The notes below the pieces were generated by a model that saw only the letters and a list, made by a program, of their open reading frames with translations, made no database searches and was not told the DNA's origin. From assembly GCA_963700145.1 (NCBI GenBank), contig OY969474.1, forward strand, positions 1,472,001 to 1,536,000: 64,000 bases of DNA. The letters run 5' to 3'. This stretch comes from an uncultured Acidobacteriota bacterium. Lineage in GTDB: Bacteria; Acidobacteriota; Thermoanaerobaculia; Multivoradales; UBA5704. This document shows positions 1-10,176 of the stretch, in pieces. The translations under genes and the position numbers were made by a program. Numbering within the stretch: the stretch's first letter is position 1; each line of letters starts with the position of its first letter.

Positions 1-2
1 GG

Positions 3-1517
3 CTCGACCGGCTGCTCGGCATGCCGCTCGCCGAGCCGCTGCAGGAGCGCTTCCTCGAAGCGCAGCGGACGGCGGCCGGCGGCACCGTGCTGGCCGCGCA
101 GCGCGCGCTCGCCCGCCGCGGCGCCGCCGTCAACCTGGGCGGCGGCCTCCACCACGCCTTCGCCGACCGCGGCGAGCGGCTCTGCGCCTACAACGACGTC
201 GCCGTGGCGCTCGCCGAGCGCCGCGCCGCCGGCTTCAGCGGGCGGGCGCTGGTCGTCGACCTCGACCTCCACGATCCTGACGGCCTGCGCGCCCTCCTCG
301 CCGCCGATCCGGCCGCCCATATCTTTTCCATCCACGCCCGCTCCGCCGAGGAGTCCGGCCCGGACGCCACTTACGTCTCGCTCGGCGACGGCGTCGAGGA
401 CGCGGTCTACCTCGACGCCCTGCGCCGCCACCTGCCGGAGGTCCTCGCCCGCTTCCCGCCCGACCTGGCCTTCTTCCTCGCCGGCGCCGACCCCGCCGCG
501 GACGACGAGCTGGGCTCCTGGAAGCTCTCGGCCGAAGGGCTCCTGGAGCGCGACCGCGCCGTCTTCGCGGCGCTGCGCGGCGTGCCGCTCGTCGTGCTCC
601 TGGCCGGCGGCTACGGCCCGGGGGCCTGGCGCTACCCGGCGCGCTCGCTTGCCTGGCTGCTCGGCGGGCGGGCCCTCGAGCCGCCGACGACCGCCGAGAC
701 GGTCCTCAACCGCTACCGCCGCCTGACCAGCGCCGCGGAGCCGCGGCCGGAGGGCGAGGAGTGGGCGCTCCGCCCCGACGACCTCGACGCCGCGGCCGGC
801 GGCTTCGCGCCGCCGCGCCGCCTCCTCGGCGCCTTTTCGCGCGAGGCGCTGGAGCTGCTCCTCGAGCGCGCCGGCCTGCTCGAGCGCCTGCGGGCGCGCG
901 GCTTCACCCGCCCCACCCTCGACCTCGAGGTCGGCGGGCCGGCTGGCGACACCCTCCGCCTCTGGGGGGACGAACGGCGGCGCGAGCTCCTCCTCGAGCT
1001 GCGCCTGTCGCGCGACCGCCGCACCCTGCCCGGCTTCGATCTCCTACGCCTCGAGTGGCTGCTCCTCCAGGACCCGCGCAGCCCCTTCACGCCGCAGCGC
1101 CCGCCGCTGCCGGGGCAGCGCCACCCCGGGCTCGGGCTGTTGCAGGACGTGGCGGCGCTGCTGATCCTCGCCGGCGAGCGGCTGCAGCTCGACGGGCTGG
1201 TCTTCGTCCCCTCGCACTACCACCTGGCGAGCCAGGGGAAGCGCTGGCTGCGCTTCGTCGATGCCGCCGAGGAGGGGCGCTTCCGCGCCCTCCAGGAAGC
1301 GCTGCGCGGAGTGCCGCTGGCCGAGGCGACCCACGCGGTCGAAAGCGGGCGGGTGGTGGAGGCGGACGGCGCGCCGTTCGTCTGGCGGCCGGCGCCGATG
1401 GTGCTGCCGCTCAGTGCGGCGCTGCGCGATCGGGTGGGCGGCGAGGAGTACGAGGACCGCGCCGCAGCCGCGGCGGCGGGCCACCGCCCGGCGCTGCGCG
1501 GGGGCGCGGCGGCGTAG
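3..1517 (+). CDS. Histone deacetylase (AcuC/HDAC)-family protein with an extra C-terminal domain; probably 5'-truncated by the window edge
   Basis: GGGLHHA, DLDLH, GADP..DD.LG and GGY motifs; frame is open back to base 3. Confidence 0.8.
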   Translation, partial: LDRLLGMPLAEPLQERFLEAQRTAAGGTVLAAQRALARRGAAVNLGGGLHHAFADRGERLCAYNDVAVALAERRAAGFSGRALVVDLDLHDPDGLRALLAADPAAHIFSIHARSAEESGPDATYVSLGDGVEDAVYLDALRRHLPEVLARFPPDLAFFLAGADPAADDELGSWKLSAEGLLERDRAVFAALRGVPLVVLLAGGYGPGAWRYPARSLAWLLGGRALEPPTTAETVLNRYRRLTSAAEPRPEGEEWALRPDDLDAAAGGFAPPRRLLGAFSREALELLLERAGLLERLRARGFTRPTLDLEVGGPAGDTLRLWGDERRRELLLELRLSRDRRTLPGFDLLRLEWLLLQDPRSPFTPQRPPLPGQRHPGLGLLQDVAALLILAGERLQLDGLVFVPSHYHLASQGKRWLRFVDAAEEGRFRALQEALRGVPLAEATHAVESGRVVEADGAPFVWRPAPMVLPLSAALRDRVGGEEYEDRAAAAAAGHRPALRGGAAA

Positions 1518-2331
1518 GCAGCCGGCGCTCGAGGCGCCGGGCGCGGAGCGCCGCGGCCTCGGCCTGGAGCGGCCGGCCGGCGGCGGCGAGCGCGGCCGCG
1601 AGGCGGCGGTGGAGGCTGGCGGCGAGCGGCGGGTCGGCGGCGGGGCCGAGCCGCCGCAGCGCGCGCTCGAGGAGGCGCAGGGCGCGGTCCGGCTCCCCGA
1701 TCTCGTTGCGGACCTCGGCGGCGGCGAGCAGGACGCCGGCCTCCAGCTCCCGCTCGTCCAGCCGGCGGTAGGTCGCCGCGGCGCTGCGCAGCAGGTCGAG
1801 GGCCTCGGCCGGCCGCCCCTGCGCCTGCCGCAGCCGCGCCGCCAGCGCGAAGAGCTGCGCCCGCTCCATGCAGTCGCCGGTGCCGCGGCGCAGGTAGGCG
1901 GCGGCGGCGGCGAACGCCGCTTCGGCGCCGGCGAGGTCGCCGCCGCGGCGCCGGGCGTCGGCGAGCTGGCCCCAGGCGCGGGCGCGGAAGTCTTCCAGCA
2001 CGGCTTCGCCGTAGAGCGCCGGGTCGAGCGCGTCGAGCCCGACCAGCACCAGCCGCGCCAGCGCCGCGTCGGCCGCGGGCTCGCCGTCGCCGCCGCCGCG
2101 CAGCAGCAGCTCGCAGAGCGCCAGGCTGCGGAAACGGCCGCTGTTGCGCAGCAGCAGCTCCCACCGCTCCGGCGGGTGGCGGCGCAGCGCGTCGAGGAGG
2201 TAGGGGGCCGCGGCGCGCTCGCGGGCCATCGCCAGCAGGCGCGGCGTGCAGGCGCGCAGCAGGCCGTCGATCGCCGTGCCGTAGTCGCCGGCCGCCTGCA
2301 GCTCCTCCCTCTTCGAGCGGTGCTCGGTCAT
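1411..2331 (-). CDS. Hypothetical TPR-like helical repeat protein
   Basis: Ala/Leu-rich helical repeats (AWGQLADARRRGGDLAGAEAAF; LRQAQGRPAEALDLL); GAGGGG RBS-like sequence upstream; 3' end overlaps the convergent gene by ~100 bp. Confidence 0.6.
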   Translation of the reverse strand: MTEHRSKREELQAAGDYGTAIDGLLRACTPRLLAMARERAAAPYLLDALRRHPPERWELLLRNSGRFRSLALCELLLRGGGDGEPAADAALARLVLVGLDALDPALYGEAVLEDFRARAWGQLADARRRGGDLAGAEAAFAAAAAYLRRGTGDCMERAQLFALAARLRQAQGRPAEALDLLRSAAATYRRLDERELEAGVLLAAAEVRNEIGEPDRALRLLERALRRLGPAADPPLAASLHRRLAAALAAAGRPLQAEAAALRARRLERRLPTPPRPRAAPGGGPPPRLRRGPRTPRRPPDRAAPH

Positions 2332-2456
2332 CCCCTCCTCCGCCGGCGCGCCTCGCGCGCTCGCGCCTTCGTCTCTCTACTAAAGTCTCCGCCGGCCGGG
2401 AATCCGGGACACCCCGCCGGGGCCCGGGCTGCTACCATGCCGCGGCGACTCACCCG

Positions 2457-3893
2457 ATGACCCGAAGCGTCAGCTTCCCCCTCTGGCTGGCGGCGTTGCT
2501 CGTCCTCCTCGCCGCCTGGGCGGCCCTCGACCGGCTGCTCGTCCCCAGCGTGCGCTGGTACCTGCGGCGGCGGGTCAACCGCCTGATCGACGAGGTCAAC
2601 GCCCGCCTGCGGCTGGAGATCCGCCCCTTCCAGCGCACCCGCCGCCGCGTGCTCATCGAGCGGCTGACCTACGACCCGAAGGTCTTGCAGGCGGCCGAGG
2701 CCCACGCCCAGGAGTCCGGCATGCCGCGCGAGGTGGCGCTCGGACGCGTCGAGCGCTACGCGCGCGAGATCGTGCCGGCCTTCAACGCCTACGTCTACTT
2801 CCGTCTCGGCTACCGGCTGGCGCGCGGCGCGGCGCGCCTGCTCTACCGCGTCCGGCTCGGCTTCTCCGACGAGGCGGGCCTGGCGGCGATCGAGCCCGGG
2901 GCGACGGTCGTCTTCCTGATGAACCACCGCAGCAACATGGACTACATCCTGGTCGCCTACCTCGCCGCCGACCGCACGACGCTCTCCTACGCCGTCGGCG
3001 AGTGGGCGCGGGTCTGGCCGCTGCAGACCCTGGTGCGCTCGATGGGCGCTTACTTCGTGCGCCGCAACTCGCGCGACCCGCTCTACCGGCGCGTCCTCGA
3101 GCGCTACGTCCACATGGCGACCGAAGGCGGAGTGACCCAGGCGGTCTACCCCGAAGGGGGCCTGTCGCGCGACGGGCGGCTGCGGCCGCCGAAGCTCGGC
3201 CTGCTCGATTACATGCTGCGCGGCTTCGACCCGCGCGGCGAGCGCGACCTGGTCTTCGTGCCGGTGGGGATCAACTACGACCGCGTGCTGGAGGACCGGA
3301 CGCTGCTGCTCGACCTGGACCCGGCGGCGAAGCGCGGCGGCGCGCGCGAGGCCCTGGCCAACACGCTCCGCTTCGCCGGCCGCAACCTGGCGCTCGTGGC
3401 GCGCCGGCGCTGGCACCGCTTCGGCTACGCCTGCGCCAACTTCGGCACGCCGGTGTCGATGCGCCGCTGGCTGGGCGGCCGCGGGCTCGACCTGCGCGGC
3501 CTCGCCAAGGAGGAGCGGGCGGCGCACCTCGAGCGGCTGGGCGGCGAGCTCATGGCCGGGGTCGGGGCGGTCATCCCGGTGCTGCCGGTGCCGCTCGTCG
3601 CGACGGTGCTGCTCGCCGCCGGCGAGCCGCTCTCCGAGCTGGAGGTCAAGGCGCGCGCCCACCGGCGAATGGCCCAGCTCGAGGCCGCCGGCGCCCACGT
3701 CTACATCCCCCGCAAGGACCAGGACTACGCCGTGACCGCCGGCCTCCGCGCCCTGGTCGAGCGCCACCTCGCGACCTGCCGCGACGGCCTCTACGCCGCC
3801 GACCCCGCCGAGCTCCCCCTCCTCCGCTACTACGCCAACTCGATCGCGCACCTGGACGCCGCGGCCGCGAACCCTCGCCCCGCCGCCGCGTAG
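2457..3893 (+). CDS. Glycerol-3-phosphate / lysophospholipid acyltransferase (PlsB/PlsC-like)
   Basis: NHRSNMD (HxxxxD), GAYFVRR and YPEGGLSRDG motifs; N-terminal TM helix. Confidence 0.85.
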   Translation: MTRSVSFPLWLAALLVLLAAWAALDRLLVPSVRWYLRRRVNRLIDEVNARLRLEIRPFQRTRRRVLIERLTYDPKVLQAAEAHAQESGMPREVALGRVERYAREIVPAFNAYVYFRLGYRLARGAARLLYRVRLGFSDEAGLAAIEPGATVVFLMNHRSNMDYILVAYLAADRTTLSYAVGEWARVWPLQTLVRSMGAYFVRRNSRDPLYRRVLERYVHMATEGGVTQAVYPEGGLSRDGRLRPPKLGLLDYMLRGFDPRGERDLVFVPVGINYDRVLEDRTLLLDLDPAAKRGGAREALANTLRFAGRNLALVARRRWHRFGYACANFGTPVSMRRWLGGRGLDLRGLAKEERAAHLERLGGELMAGVGAVIPVLPVPLVATVLLAAGEPLSELEVKARAHRRMAQLEAAGAHVYIPRKDQDYAVTAGLRALVERHLATCRDGLYAADPAELPLLRYYANSIAHLDAAAANPRPAAA

Positions 3894-3901
3894 AAGGGTT
3901 G

Positions 3902-5056
3902 ATGGCCGCCCCCTCCTCCTCCCGCCGCGGGCCCCGCGCCGTGCGCCGCGTCGACGACTTCGTGCGCTCCTACACCAAGGGGTTCTCGAAGAAGGACTTC
4001 CAGCGTCTCTTCGACCGCGACGCGGCGCGCGCCTACTCCGTCCTCACTCGCGACCAGGACCTCGGGCCGGAGCCGAAGGCGGGCTTCCGGCAGTTCGTCC
4101 ACCGCGCCCGCATGATCTTCCTCGGCCTCTCCTACAAGCTCTCGCCGGCGCGGCGCGTCCTCTTCGCCGTCGCCCTCGTCCTGGCGCTCGTCGCGACCTT
4201 CCCCGATATCGAATGGAGCGGCAGCGGCGAGCGCGTCCACTTCTCCATCGACGGCTCGCCGACGTTCTACCTGCTCAGCGTCGGGTTCCTGATCTTCCTG
4301 CTGGCGCTCGAGCTGGTCGACCGGGTGCGGGTGCGCGACGAGCTGGAGGTGGCGCGGCAGCTCCAGGCCGACCTCCTGCCGCGCGACCTGGCCGCGGTCG
4401 CGGGGTACCGGTTCGCGCACTCTTACCGCACCGCCAACGAAGTGGGCGGCGACTACTACGACGTGACGCCGCTGCCGGACGGCCGGCTGGCGCTGTCGGT
4501 CGGCGACGCCAGCGGCCACGGCATCGCGGCGGGGCTGGTGATGGCGATCGCCAACGCCACCCTCAAGACGGCGCTCGACCTCGACCCGGCACCGTCCCTC
4601 GTGCTGCGGGTGATGAACCGCACCCTCTGCCGCACCGGCGGCAAGCGCACCTTCATGAGCCTCTTCTACGCCCTCCTGGACCCGGAGACCGGGCGGCTGG
4701 ACTACGTCTGCGCCGGCCACCCCTACCCGCTGCTGCGGCGGGCGGACGGCACGGTCGAGGAGCTGGGGTGCGGCTCTCTGCCGCTCGGCCTGCGCGAGCC
4801 GCTGGAGGTGCCGGTCTTCACCGCCCGCCTCGAGCCCGGGGACCTCCTCCTGCTCTTCACCGACGGCCTCGTCGAGGCCACCCGCGGCGAGGCCGGCGAG
4901 GCCTTCGGCTTCGAGCGCCTGGCGGCCGTCGTCGCCGCCGGCGGCGCCCCGCAGCGCGTCCACGACGCCGCCCTCCGCGCCTTCGACGCCCACGTCGGCG
5001 AGGAGCCGTTGCGCGACGACCTGACGCTGCTGGTGCTCGGCAGGCTGCCGGAGTAG
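3902..5056 (+). CDS. Membrane-anchored PP2C/SpoIIE (RsbU-like) serine phosphatase
   Basis: VGGDYYD, GDASGHG, FTDGLVE and DDLT motifs; ATG at 3902 inside the longer ORF-track frame. Confidence 0.9.
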   Translation: MAAPSSSRRGPRAVRRVDDFVRSYTKGFSKKDFQRLFDRDAARAYSVLTRDQDLGPEPKAGFRQFVHRARMIFLGLSYKLSPARRVLFAVALVLALVATFPDIEWSGSGERVHFSIDGSPTFYLLSVGFLIFLLALELVDRVRVRDELEVARQLQADLLPRDLAAVAGYRFAHSYRTANEVGGDYYDVTPLPDGRLALSVGDASGHGIAAGLVMAIANATLKTALDLDPAPSLVLRVMNRTLCRTGGKRTFMSLFYALLDPETGRLDYVCAGHPYPLLRRADGTVEELGCGSLPLGLREPLEVPVFTARLEPGDLLLLFTDGLVEATRGEAGEAFGFERLAAVVAAGGAPQRVHDAALRAFDAHVGEEPLRDDLTLLVLGRLPE

Positions 5057-5098
5057 GATCGGCGCCAGCCAACCGCTTCTCGAAAGGGGCAAACCCGC

Positions 5099-7996
5099 AT
5101 GAGCAGACTCATCGGTTTGCGGACCGCAGTCCTCCTCGCCGCACTGCTGCTCGCGGCGACCGCGCCCGCCGCGGCGCAGCTCCAGACCGGCGACCTCTAC
5201 GGCACGACGCAGGACCAGGACGGCCAGCCGCTCCCCGGCGTGACGGTCACCCTCACCGGGGTCGGCGCCCCCCGCGTCCAGGTCACCGACGAGCAGGGGC
5301 GCTTCCGCTTCCTGCAGCTCTTCCCGGGCACCTACGCGCTGACCGCCGAGCTCCAGGGGTTCTCGCCGCTCGAGTATCCCGACCTCGCCGTCCGCATCGG
5401 CGGCAGGAGCGAGATCGAGCTGACGCTCAACGCGGCGGTGACCGACACCATCACGATCACCGGCGCCGCGCCGCTCATCGACGAGCGGGGGGTGAACCGC
5501 GGCGCGACGGTGGCGGCGGCCGAGCTGGACAGCGTGCCCACGGCGCGCGACCCCTGGTCTCTCCTCAGCCTGGCGCCGGGCGTCCAGGTCGACCGCGTCA
5601 ACGTCGGCGGCAACGAGAGCGGCCAGCAGTCGGGCTTCCTCGGCCCCGGTTCGCTCGACACCGAGAACACCTTCTCGGTGGACGGCGTGATCCTCAACGA
5701 CATGGCGGCGATCGGCGGCTCGGCGACCTACTTCGACTTCGGCGCCTTCGAGGAGGTGCAGATCACGGTCTCCAGCGCCGACGTCACGATCGCCACCGCC
5801 GGCGTCACCATCAACCAGGTCACCAAGCGCGGCACCAACGACTGGCGCGCCGCCGCCCGCTATCTGCAAACCGACGGCGGCCTGCAGTCGGAGCCGACCG
5901 TCGAGAACGGCAACAAGATCGACTCGGTCGAGGAGTACGGCGCCGACATCGGCGGGCCGCTGGTCAAGGACCGCCTCTGGATCTGGGCCTCCTACGGCGA
6001 AAGCGACATCCGCAACCTGGCGCCCAACCCGACCGGCGTCGGCCGCCTGGCGGACCGCACCGTCCTCGAGGACCTCAACGGCAAGCTCAACTTCCAGCTC
6101 GGGGACGCCAACTCCGGCGTCGGCCACTACTGGACCAACGACAAGCTCAAGTTCGGCCGGGTCTTCACCTTCCTCGGCAACCCGCTGGAGGAATCGACCC
6201 ACGACCAGACCACCCCCCAGACGATCCTCAAGGTCGAGGACACCCACCTCTTCGGCTCCAACTTCACGCTCACCGGGCTGTGGAGCAAGGATCACCCCGC
6301 GGAGTTCACCCTGACCCCGAAGGGGGGCCGCGACGCGGATATGTTCACCGACGCCGACAACATCCTGCACGGCACGAGCTTCGACTTCGCCCAGGACGCG
6401 GTGATCGAACAGGCGCGGCTCGACGCCAACTACTTCTTCACCGCCGGCTCGACCGACAACGAGCTGCGCTTCGGCGCCGGCTTCCGCGAGCAGGAGAACA
6501 ACTCGACGACCGTCTGGCCGCGCAACGTCAACGTCTTCTATTACGACGGGAGCCTGGCCATCGCCCGCTTCCCGCGCAGCCGCGTGCTGTCGATCAAGAC
6601 CGAGTACGACTCGGCGTGGATCCAGGACACGTTGAGCGTCGGCCCCTGGACGGTCGCCGCCGGTGTGCGCTACGACAAGCAGGGAGGCGAGAACCTGCCG
6701 AGCGTCAGCCCCGAGAACCCGAAGGCCCAGGGGCTCATTCCCGAGCTGCGCTTCCAGGGCAACGACGGCAACGAACTGGAGTGGGAGACGCTGGTGCCGC
6801 GGCTCTCCGTCACCCGCGCCTTCGGCGAGGAGCGCGGCACTCTGGCGCGGGCGACCTTCTCGCAGTTCGCCCAGCAGCTCGGGCAGAACTACTTCCTGCG
6901 CGTCAACCCGGCGGGCGGCTACTCCTACGCCTACTTCTACTTCACCGACGCCAACGGCAACCTGGTCCTCGACCAGGGCGAGGTGCCGAGCCTGTACTTC
7001 GCCTATCCCTACGGCTTCAACCCCGACGACCCCGGCAGCCTGGTGAGCGCCAACGTCAACGACCCCGACCTCGACCCGATGATGACCGACGAGGTGACGC
7101 TGGGCGTCGAGCACCGCTTCCGGTCCGACTTCGCGGGCGGCCTCACCCTCACCATGCGCCGGCTCAGAGACATCCCCACCGACGACGAATCACAGGGAAT
7201 GGTCGTCGACCCGGTGAGCGGGCTGGTGCGGCCGTGGACGCGCGCCGACTTCGAGCTCAAGGACACGGTCACCGGCACGAACCCCGACGGCTCGTCCTCG
7301 GGACCGATCCCGGTCTACGGCCTGCGCGACGACGTCGTCTTCACCGGCGGCTTCCTGTTGGCCAACACCGACAGCGAGCAGGACTACCTCGGCCTCTCCG
7401 CCAACTTCAACAAACGGTTGTCCAACCGCTGGTCGTCCCGCGGGCACGTCACCTGGAACGATTGGGAGTGGGACGTCGGCCCCCAGTCGATCCTCCACGA
7501 CGACCCGACCAACACCACCGACGACGGCTTGACCGCCGGCGACGGCAACGAGGTCTACGCCTCCGAGTCGGGGGGCGCCAAGGCGGACGTGTTCATCGGC
7601 TCGCGCTGGTCGTTCAACCTCTACGGCCTCTATCAAGTGGCGCCCGAGCGCCCCTGGGGCTTCAACGTCGCGGCGGGCGTCACCGGGCGTGAGGGGTACC
7701 CGTCGCCGCCGGTCTTCCGGGCGTCGCGCGGCGATCCGGGGCGGGTCCTGGCGCAGACGACGAGCGCGATCGACGAGTTCCGCAACGACGACATCATCGT
7801 GTTCGACGCCCGCGTCGAGAAGGAGTTCGAGGTCGGCGACGTCACCCTGCTCGTGGGGATCGACGGCTTCAACCTGACCAACGAGAACTACATCCTGCAG
7901 CGCGACCGGCGGCTCGACCTCGGGAGCGCGAACGTGGTGCGGGAGCGGCTGAGCCCGCGGGTCGTGCGGTTGGGGCTGACCTTGCGCTGGCGCTAG
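5099..7996 (+). CDS. TonB-dependent receptor with N-terminal carboxypeptidase-regulatory-like domain (Oar type)
   Basis: Signal peptide; LPGVTVTLTG..TDEQGRFRF..PGTY; plug region ARDPW..L.PGV and VTKRGTN; C-terminal aromatic W. Confidence 0.9.
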   Translation: MSRLIGLRTAVLLAALLLAATAPAAAQLQTGDLYGTTQDQDGQPLPGVTVTLTGVGAPRVQVTDEQGRFRFLQLFPGTYALTAELQGFSPLEYPDLAVRIGGRSEIELTLNAAVTDTITITGAAPLIDERGVNRGATVAAAELDSVPTARDPWSLLSLAPGVQVDRVNVGGNESGQQSGFLGPGSLDTENTFSVDGVILNDMAAIGGSATYFDFGAFEEVQITVSSADVTIATAGVTINQVTKRGTNDWRAAARYLQTDGGLQSEPTVENGNKIDSVEEYGADIGGPLVKDRLWIWASYGESDIRNLAPNPTGVGRLADRTVLEDLNGKLNFQLGDANSGVGHYWTNDKLKFGRVFTFLGNPLEESTHDQTTPQTILKVEDTHLFGSNFTLTGLWSKDHPAEFTLTPKGGRDADMFTDADNILHGTSFDFAQDAVIEQARLDANYFFTAGSTDNELRFGAGFREQENNSTTVWPRNVNVFYYDGSLAIARFPRSRVLSIKTEYDSAWIQDTLSVGPWTVAAGVRYDKQGGENLPSVSPENPKAQGLIPELRFQGNDGNELEWETLVPRLSVTRAFGEERGTLARATFSQFAQQLGQNYFLRVNPAGGYSYAYFYFTDANGNLVLDQGEVPSLYFAYPYGFNPDDPGSLVSANVNDPDLDPMMTDEVTLGVEHRFRSDFAGGLTLTMRRLRDIPTDDESQGMVVDPVSGLVRPWTRADFELKDTVTGTNPDGSSSGPIPVYGLRDDVVFTGGFLLANTDSEQDYLGLSANFNKRLSNRWSSRGHVTWNDWEWDVGPQSILHDDPTNTTDDGLTAGDGNEVYASESGGAKADVFIGSRWSFNLYGLYQVAPERPWGFNVAAGVTGREGYPSPPVFRASRGDPGRVLAQTTSAIDEFRNDDIIVFDARVEKEFEVGDVTLLVGIDGFNLTNENYILQRDRRLDLGSANVVRERLSPRVVRLGLTLRWR

Positions 7997-8037
7997 GAGC
8001 CCGTCGCGCTGGTCGCGCGACGGAAAGCGCTCCTAGC
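7992..8037 (+). terminator. Long GC-rich stem-loop after the TonB receptor gene (stabiliser or terminator)
   Basis: GCTAGGAGC/GCTCCTAGC and CCGTCGCGC/GCGCGACGG arms; no U-tract. Confidence 0.45.
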
Positions 8038-8052
8038 CATTGATCGGAGCCC

Positions 8053-8100
8053 GGCGCGAAAGCTTTCGCGCCTTTTCGCGCCGGGTGTCGCCGTTAGAAT
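8053..8100 (+). promoter_or_regulatory. Perfect 20-bp palindrome followed by a -10 box (TAGAAT) 6 nt before the ATG; likely leaderless promoter with operator
   Basis: GGCGCGAAAGCTTTCGCGCC at 8053-8072; TAGAAT at 8095-8100; ATG at 8107; no SD sequence. Confidence 0.45.
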
Positions 8101-8106
8101 CCTGCC

Positions 8107-10176
8107 ATGCTCAGGGCAGCCGGGGCGCTCCTCGTCCTCCTCGCATCGCCGGCCGCCGCGGCGCCGCGGCCGGACGTCCTGCTCGTCACCATCGACACCC
8201 TGCGCGCCGACGCTCCCGGCTTCGCCGGCAACCGGCGCGCCGCGACGCCGAACCTCGACGGCCTGGCCGCGAGCGGGCGGGTCTTCACCGCCGCGCACGC
8301 CCACAACGTCGTCACCCTGCCGTCGCACGCCAACATCCTCACCGGCCTCTACCCCTACCAGCACGGCATCCGCGACAACAGCGGCTTCCGGCTGCCGGCG
8401 ACGCTGCCCACGCTAGCGACGGTGCTGCGCCAGGCCGGCTATGCCACCGGCGCCTTCGTCGGCGCCTACCCGCTCGACTCGCGCTACGGGCTCGACCGCG
8501 GCTTCCAGGTCTACGACGACCGCACCACCCAGGGCGCCGACGAGACCCAGTTCGTGCTCGCCGAGCGGCCGGGCAACGAGGTCGTCGCGGCGGCGCTCGC
8601 CTGGTGGCAGGCGCGGCGCGGCAAGCCGCGCTTCGCCTGGGTGCACCTCTACGATCCGCACGCCCGCTATGCGCCGCCCGAGCCCTGGGCGACGCGCTTC
8701 AAGAGCGATCCCTACGCCGGCGAGGTGGCCGCCACCGACGCCTTCCTGGCGCCTCTCCTGCGCCCCCATCTCGAGGGACGCGAGCCGCCCTGCCTCGTCG
8801 TCGTCACGGGCGACCACGGCGAGGGCCTGGGCGACCACGGCGAGGAGACCCATGGCCTCTTCGCCTACGAAGCGACCTTGAAGGTGCCGCTCGTCCTCTG
8901 GGGCGCCGGCGTGGCGCGCGGCCGCGACGGGCGCGCCGCACGCCACGTTGACATCTTCCCGACGGTCCTCGGGGCGCTGGGGCTGCCGGCCCCCGCCGCG
9001 GCGGGACAGGTGCGCCCGGGGCGGTCGCTCCTTGCCGGCTGGAAGGACGAGCCCGACACCTACTTCGAGGCCCTGTCGGCGGCGCTCAACCGCGGCTGGG
9101 CGCCGCTGCGCGGCGTCCTGCGCCGCGCCGGTCCGCGGGCGCTCAAGTTCATCGCGCTGCCGCTGCCCGAGGTCTACGACCTGACCGCCGACGCAGCCGA
9201 AAGCCGGAACCGCCTCGACCAGGAGCGGCGGGCGGCGCGCGCCGCCTTCGACCTCCTGCCCGCCGAGTCGCAGTGGCCGCCGCCGCGCGGGGCCGTCAGC
9301 GCCGAGGAGGAGGCGCGGCTGCGCACCCTGGGCTACATCGCCGCCTCGGGGTCCGCGGCGCGGACCAGCTTCGGGCCCGAGGACGATCCCAAGAACCTCG
9401 TCGCGCTCGACCGCAAGATCCACCAGCTCATCGACGCCTATTCCCTGGGCGACCTGCCGCGCGCGCTCCAGCACGCCCGGGAGCTGGTGGCGACGCGGCC
9501 GATGCCGCTCGGCTACGACCTGCTGGTCAACTGCCTGCTCGAGGCGGAGCGCGAGGCGGAGGCCCTCGCCGTCATGGAGAAGGCGCGCGCCACGGGCAAG
9601 GCCTCCGACAGCCTGCGCCGCCAGCTCGGCCTGACGCTGGCCGGCGCCGGCCGGACCGGCGACGCGATCGCCGTCCTCCAGCCGCTCGCCGACGCCGGCG
9701 ACCTCGACGCGCTGAACGCGCTCGCGGTGGCCCACTCGGAGGCCGGCCGGCAGCGCGAGGCCTACGAGACGCTCCAGCGGGTGCTGGCCACTGACGCCGA
9801 GAACCCCAAGGCCTGGGAGTCGATCGGCCTGGTCGAGCTCCGCCTCGGCCACTGGCAGCAGGCGCGCGACGCCTCGCGCAAGGCGCTCGCCAGGCGGGCG
9901 GGGCTGGCCCAGGCCTGGAACAACCTCGGCGTCGCCCTCTTCCAGCTCGGCGACGTCAAGGGTGCCCTCGAGGCCTGGAGCGAGGCGGTCGAGCGCCGGC
10001 CCGACCTCTGGGACGCGCTCTGGAACCTGGGCCTGCAGGCGGCGAAGCACGGCCGCCCCGACCTGGCGCGGCCGGCGCTGGCGCGCTTCGCCGCCGACGC
10101 CCCGGCCGCCAAGTACGCCGAGGACCGCGCCCGCGCCCGCACGCTCCTCGACCAGCTCCCGAAGGGGCCGGGTTGA
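8107..10176 (+). CDS. Sulfatase-like hydrolase (alkaline phosphatase superfamily) with C-terminal TPRs
   Basis: IDTLRAD, TLPSHANILTG, HLYDPH and DHGE motifs; TPRs (AWNNLGVAL); signal peptide. Confidence 0.9.
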   Translation: MLRAAGALLVLLASPAAAAPRPDVLLVTIDTLRADAPGFAGNRRAATPNLDGLAASGRVFTAAHAHNVVTLPSHANILTGLYPYQHGIRDNSGFRLPATLPTLATVLRQAGYATGAFVGAYPLDSRYGLDRGFQVYDDRTTQGADETQFVLAERPGNEVVAAALAWWQARRGKPRFAWVHLYDPHARYAPPEPWATRFKSDPYAGEVAATDAFLAPLLRPHLEGREPPCLVVVTGDHGEGLGDHGEETHGLFAYEATLKVPLVLWGAGVARGRDGRAARHVDIFPTVLGALGLPAPAAAGQVRPGRSLLAGWKDEPDTYFEALSAALNRGWAPLRGVLRRAGPRALKFIALPLPEVYDLTADAAESRNRLDQERRAARAAFDLLPAESQWPPPRGAVSAEEEARLRTLGYIAASGSAARTSFGPEDDPKNLVALDRKIHQLIDAYSLGDLPRALQHARELVATRPMPLGYDLLVNCLLEAEREAEALAVMEKARATGKASDSLRRQLGLTLAGAGRTGDAIAVLQPLADAGDLDALNALAVAHSEAGRQREAYETLQRVLATDAENPKAWESIGLVELRLGHWQQARDASRKALARRAGLAQAWNNLGVALFQLGDVKGALEAWSEAVERRPDLWDALWNLGLQAAKHGRPDLARPALARFAADAPAAKYAEDRARARTLLDQLPKGPG

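Noticed and set aside
3830-7692. Very long antisense and alternate-frame ORFs (also over the NRPS, ADOP and sulfatase genes)
   Set aside because: Arg/Ala/Pro-rich shadows typical of high-GC coding DNA, with no family motifs
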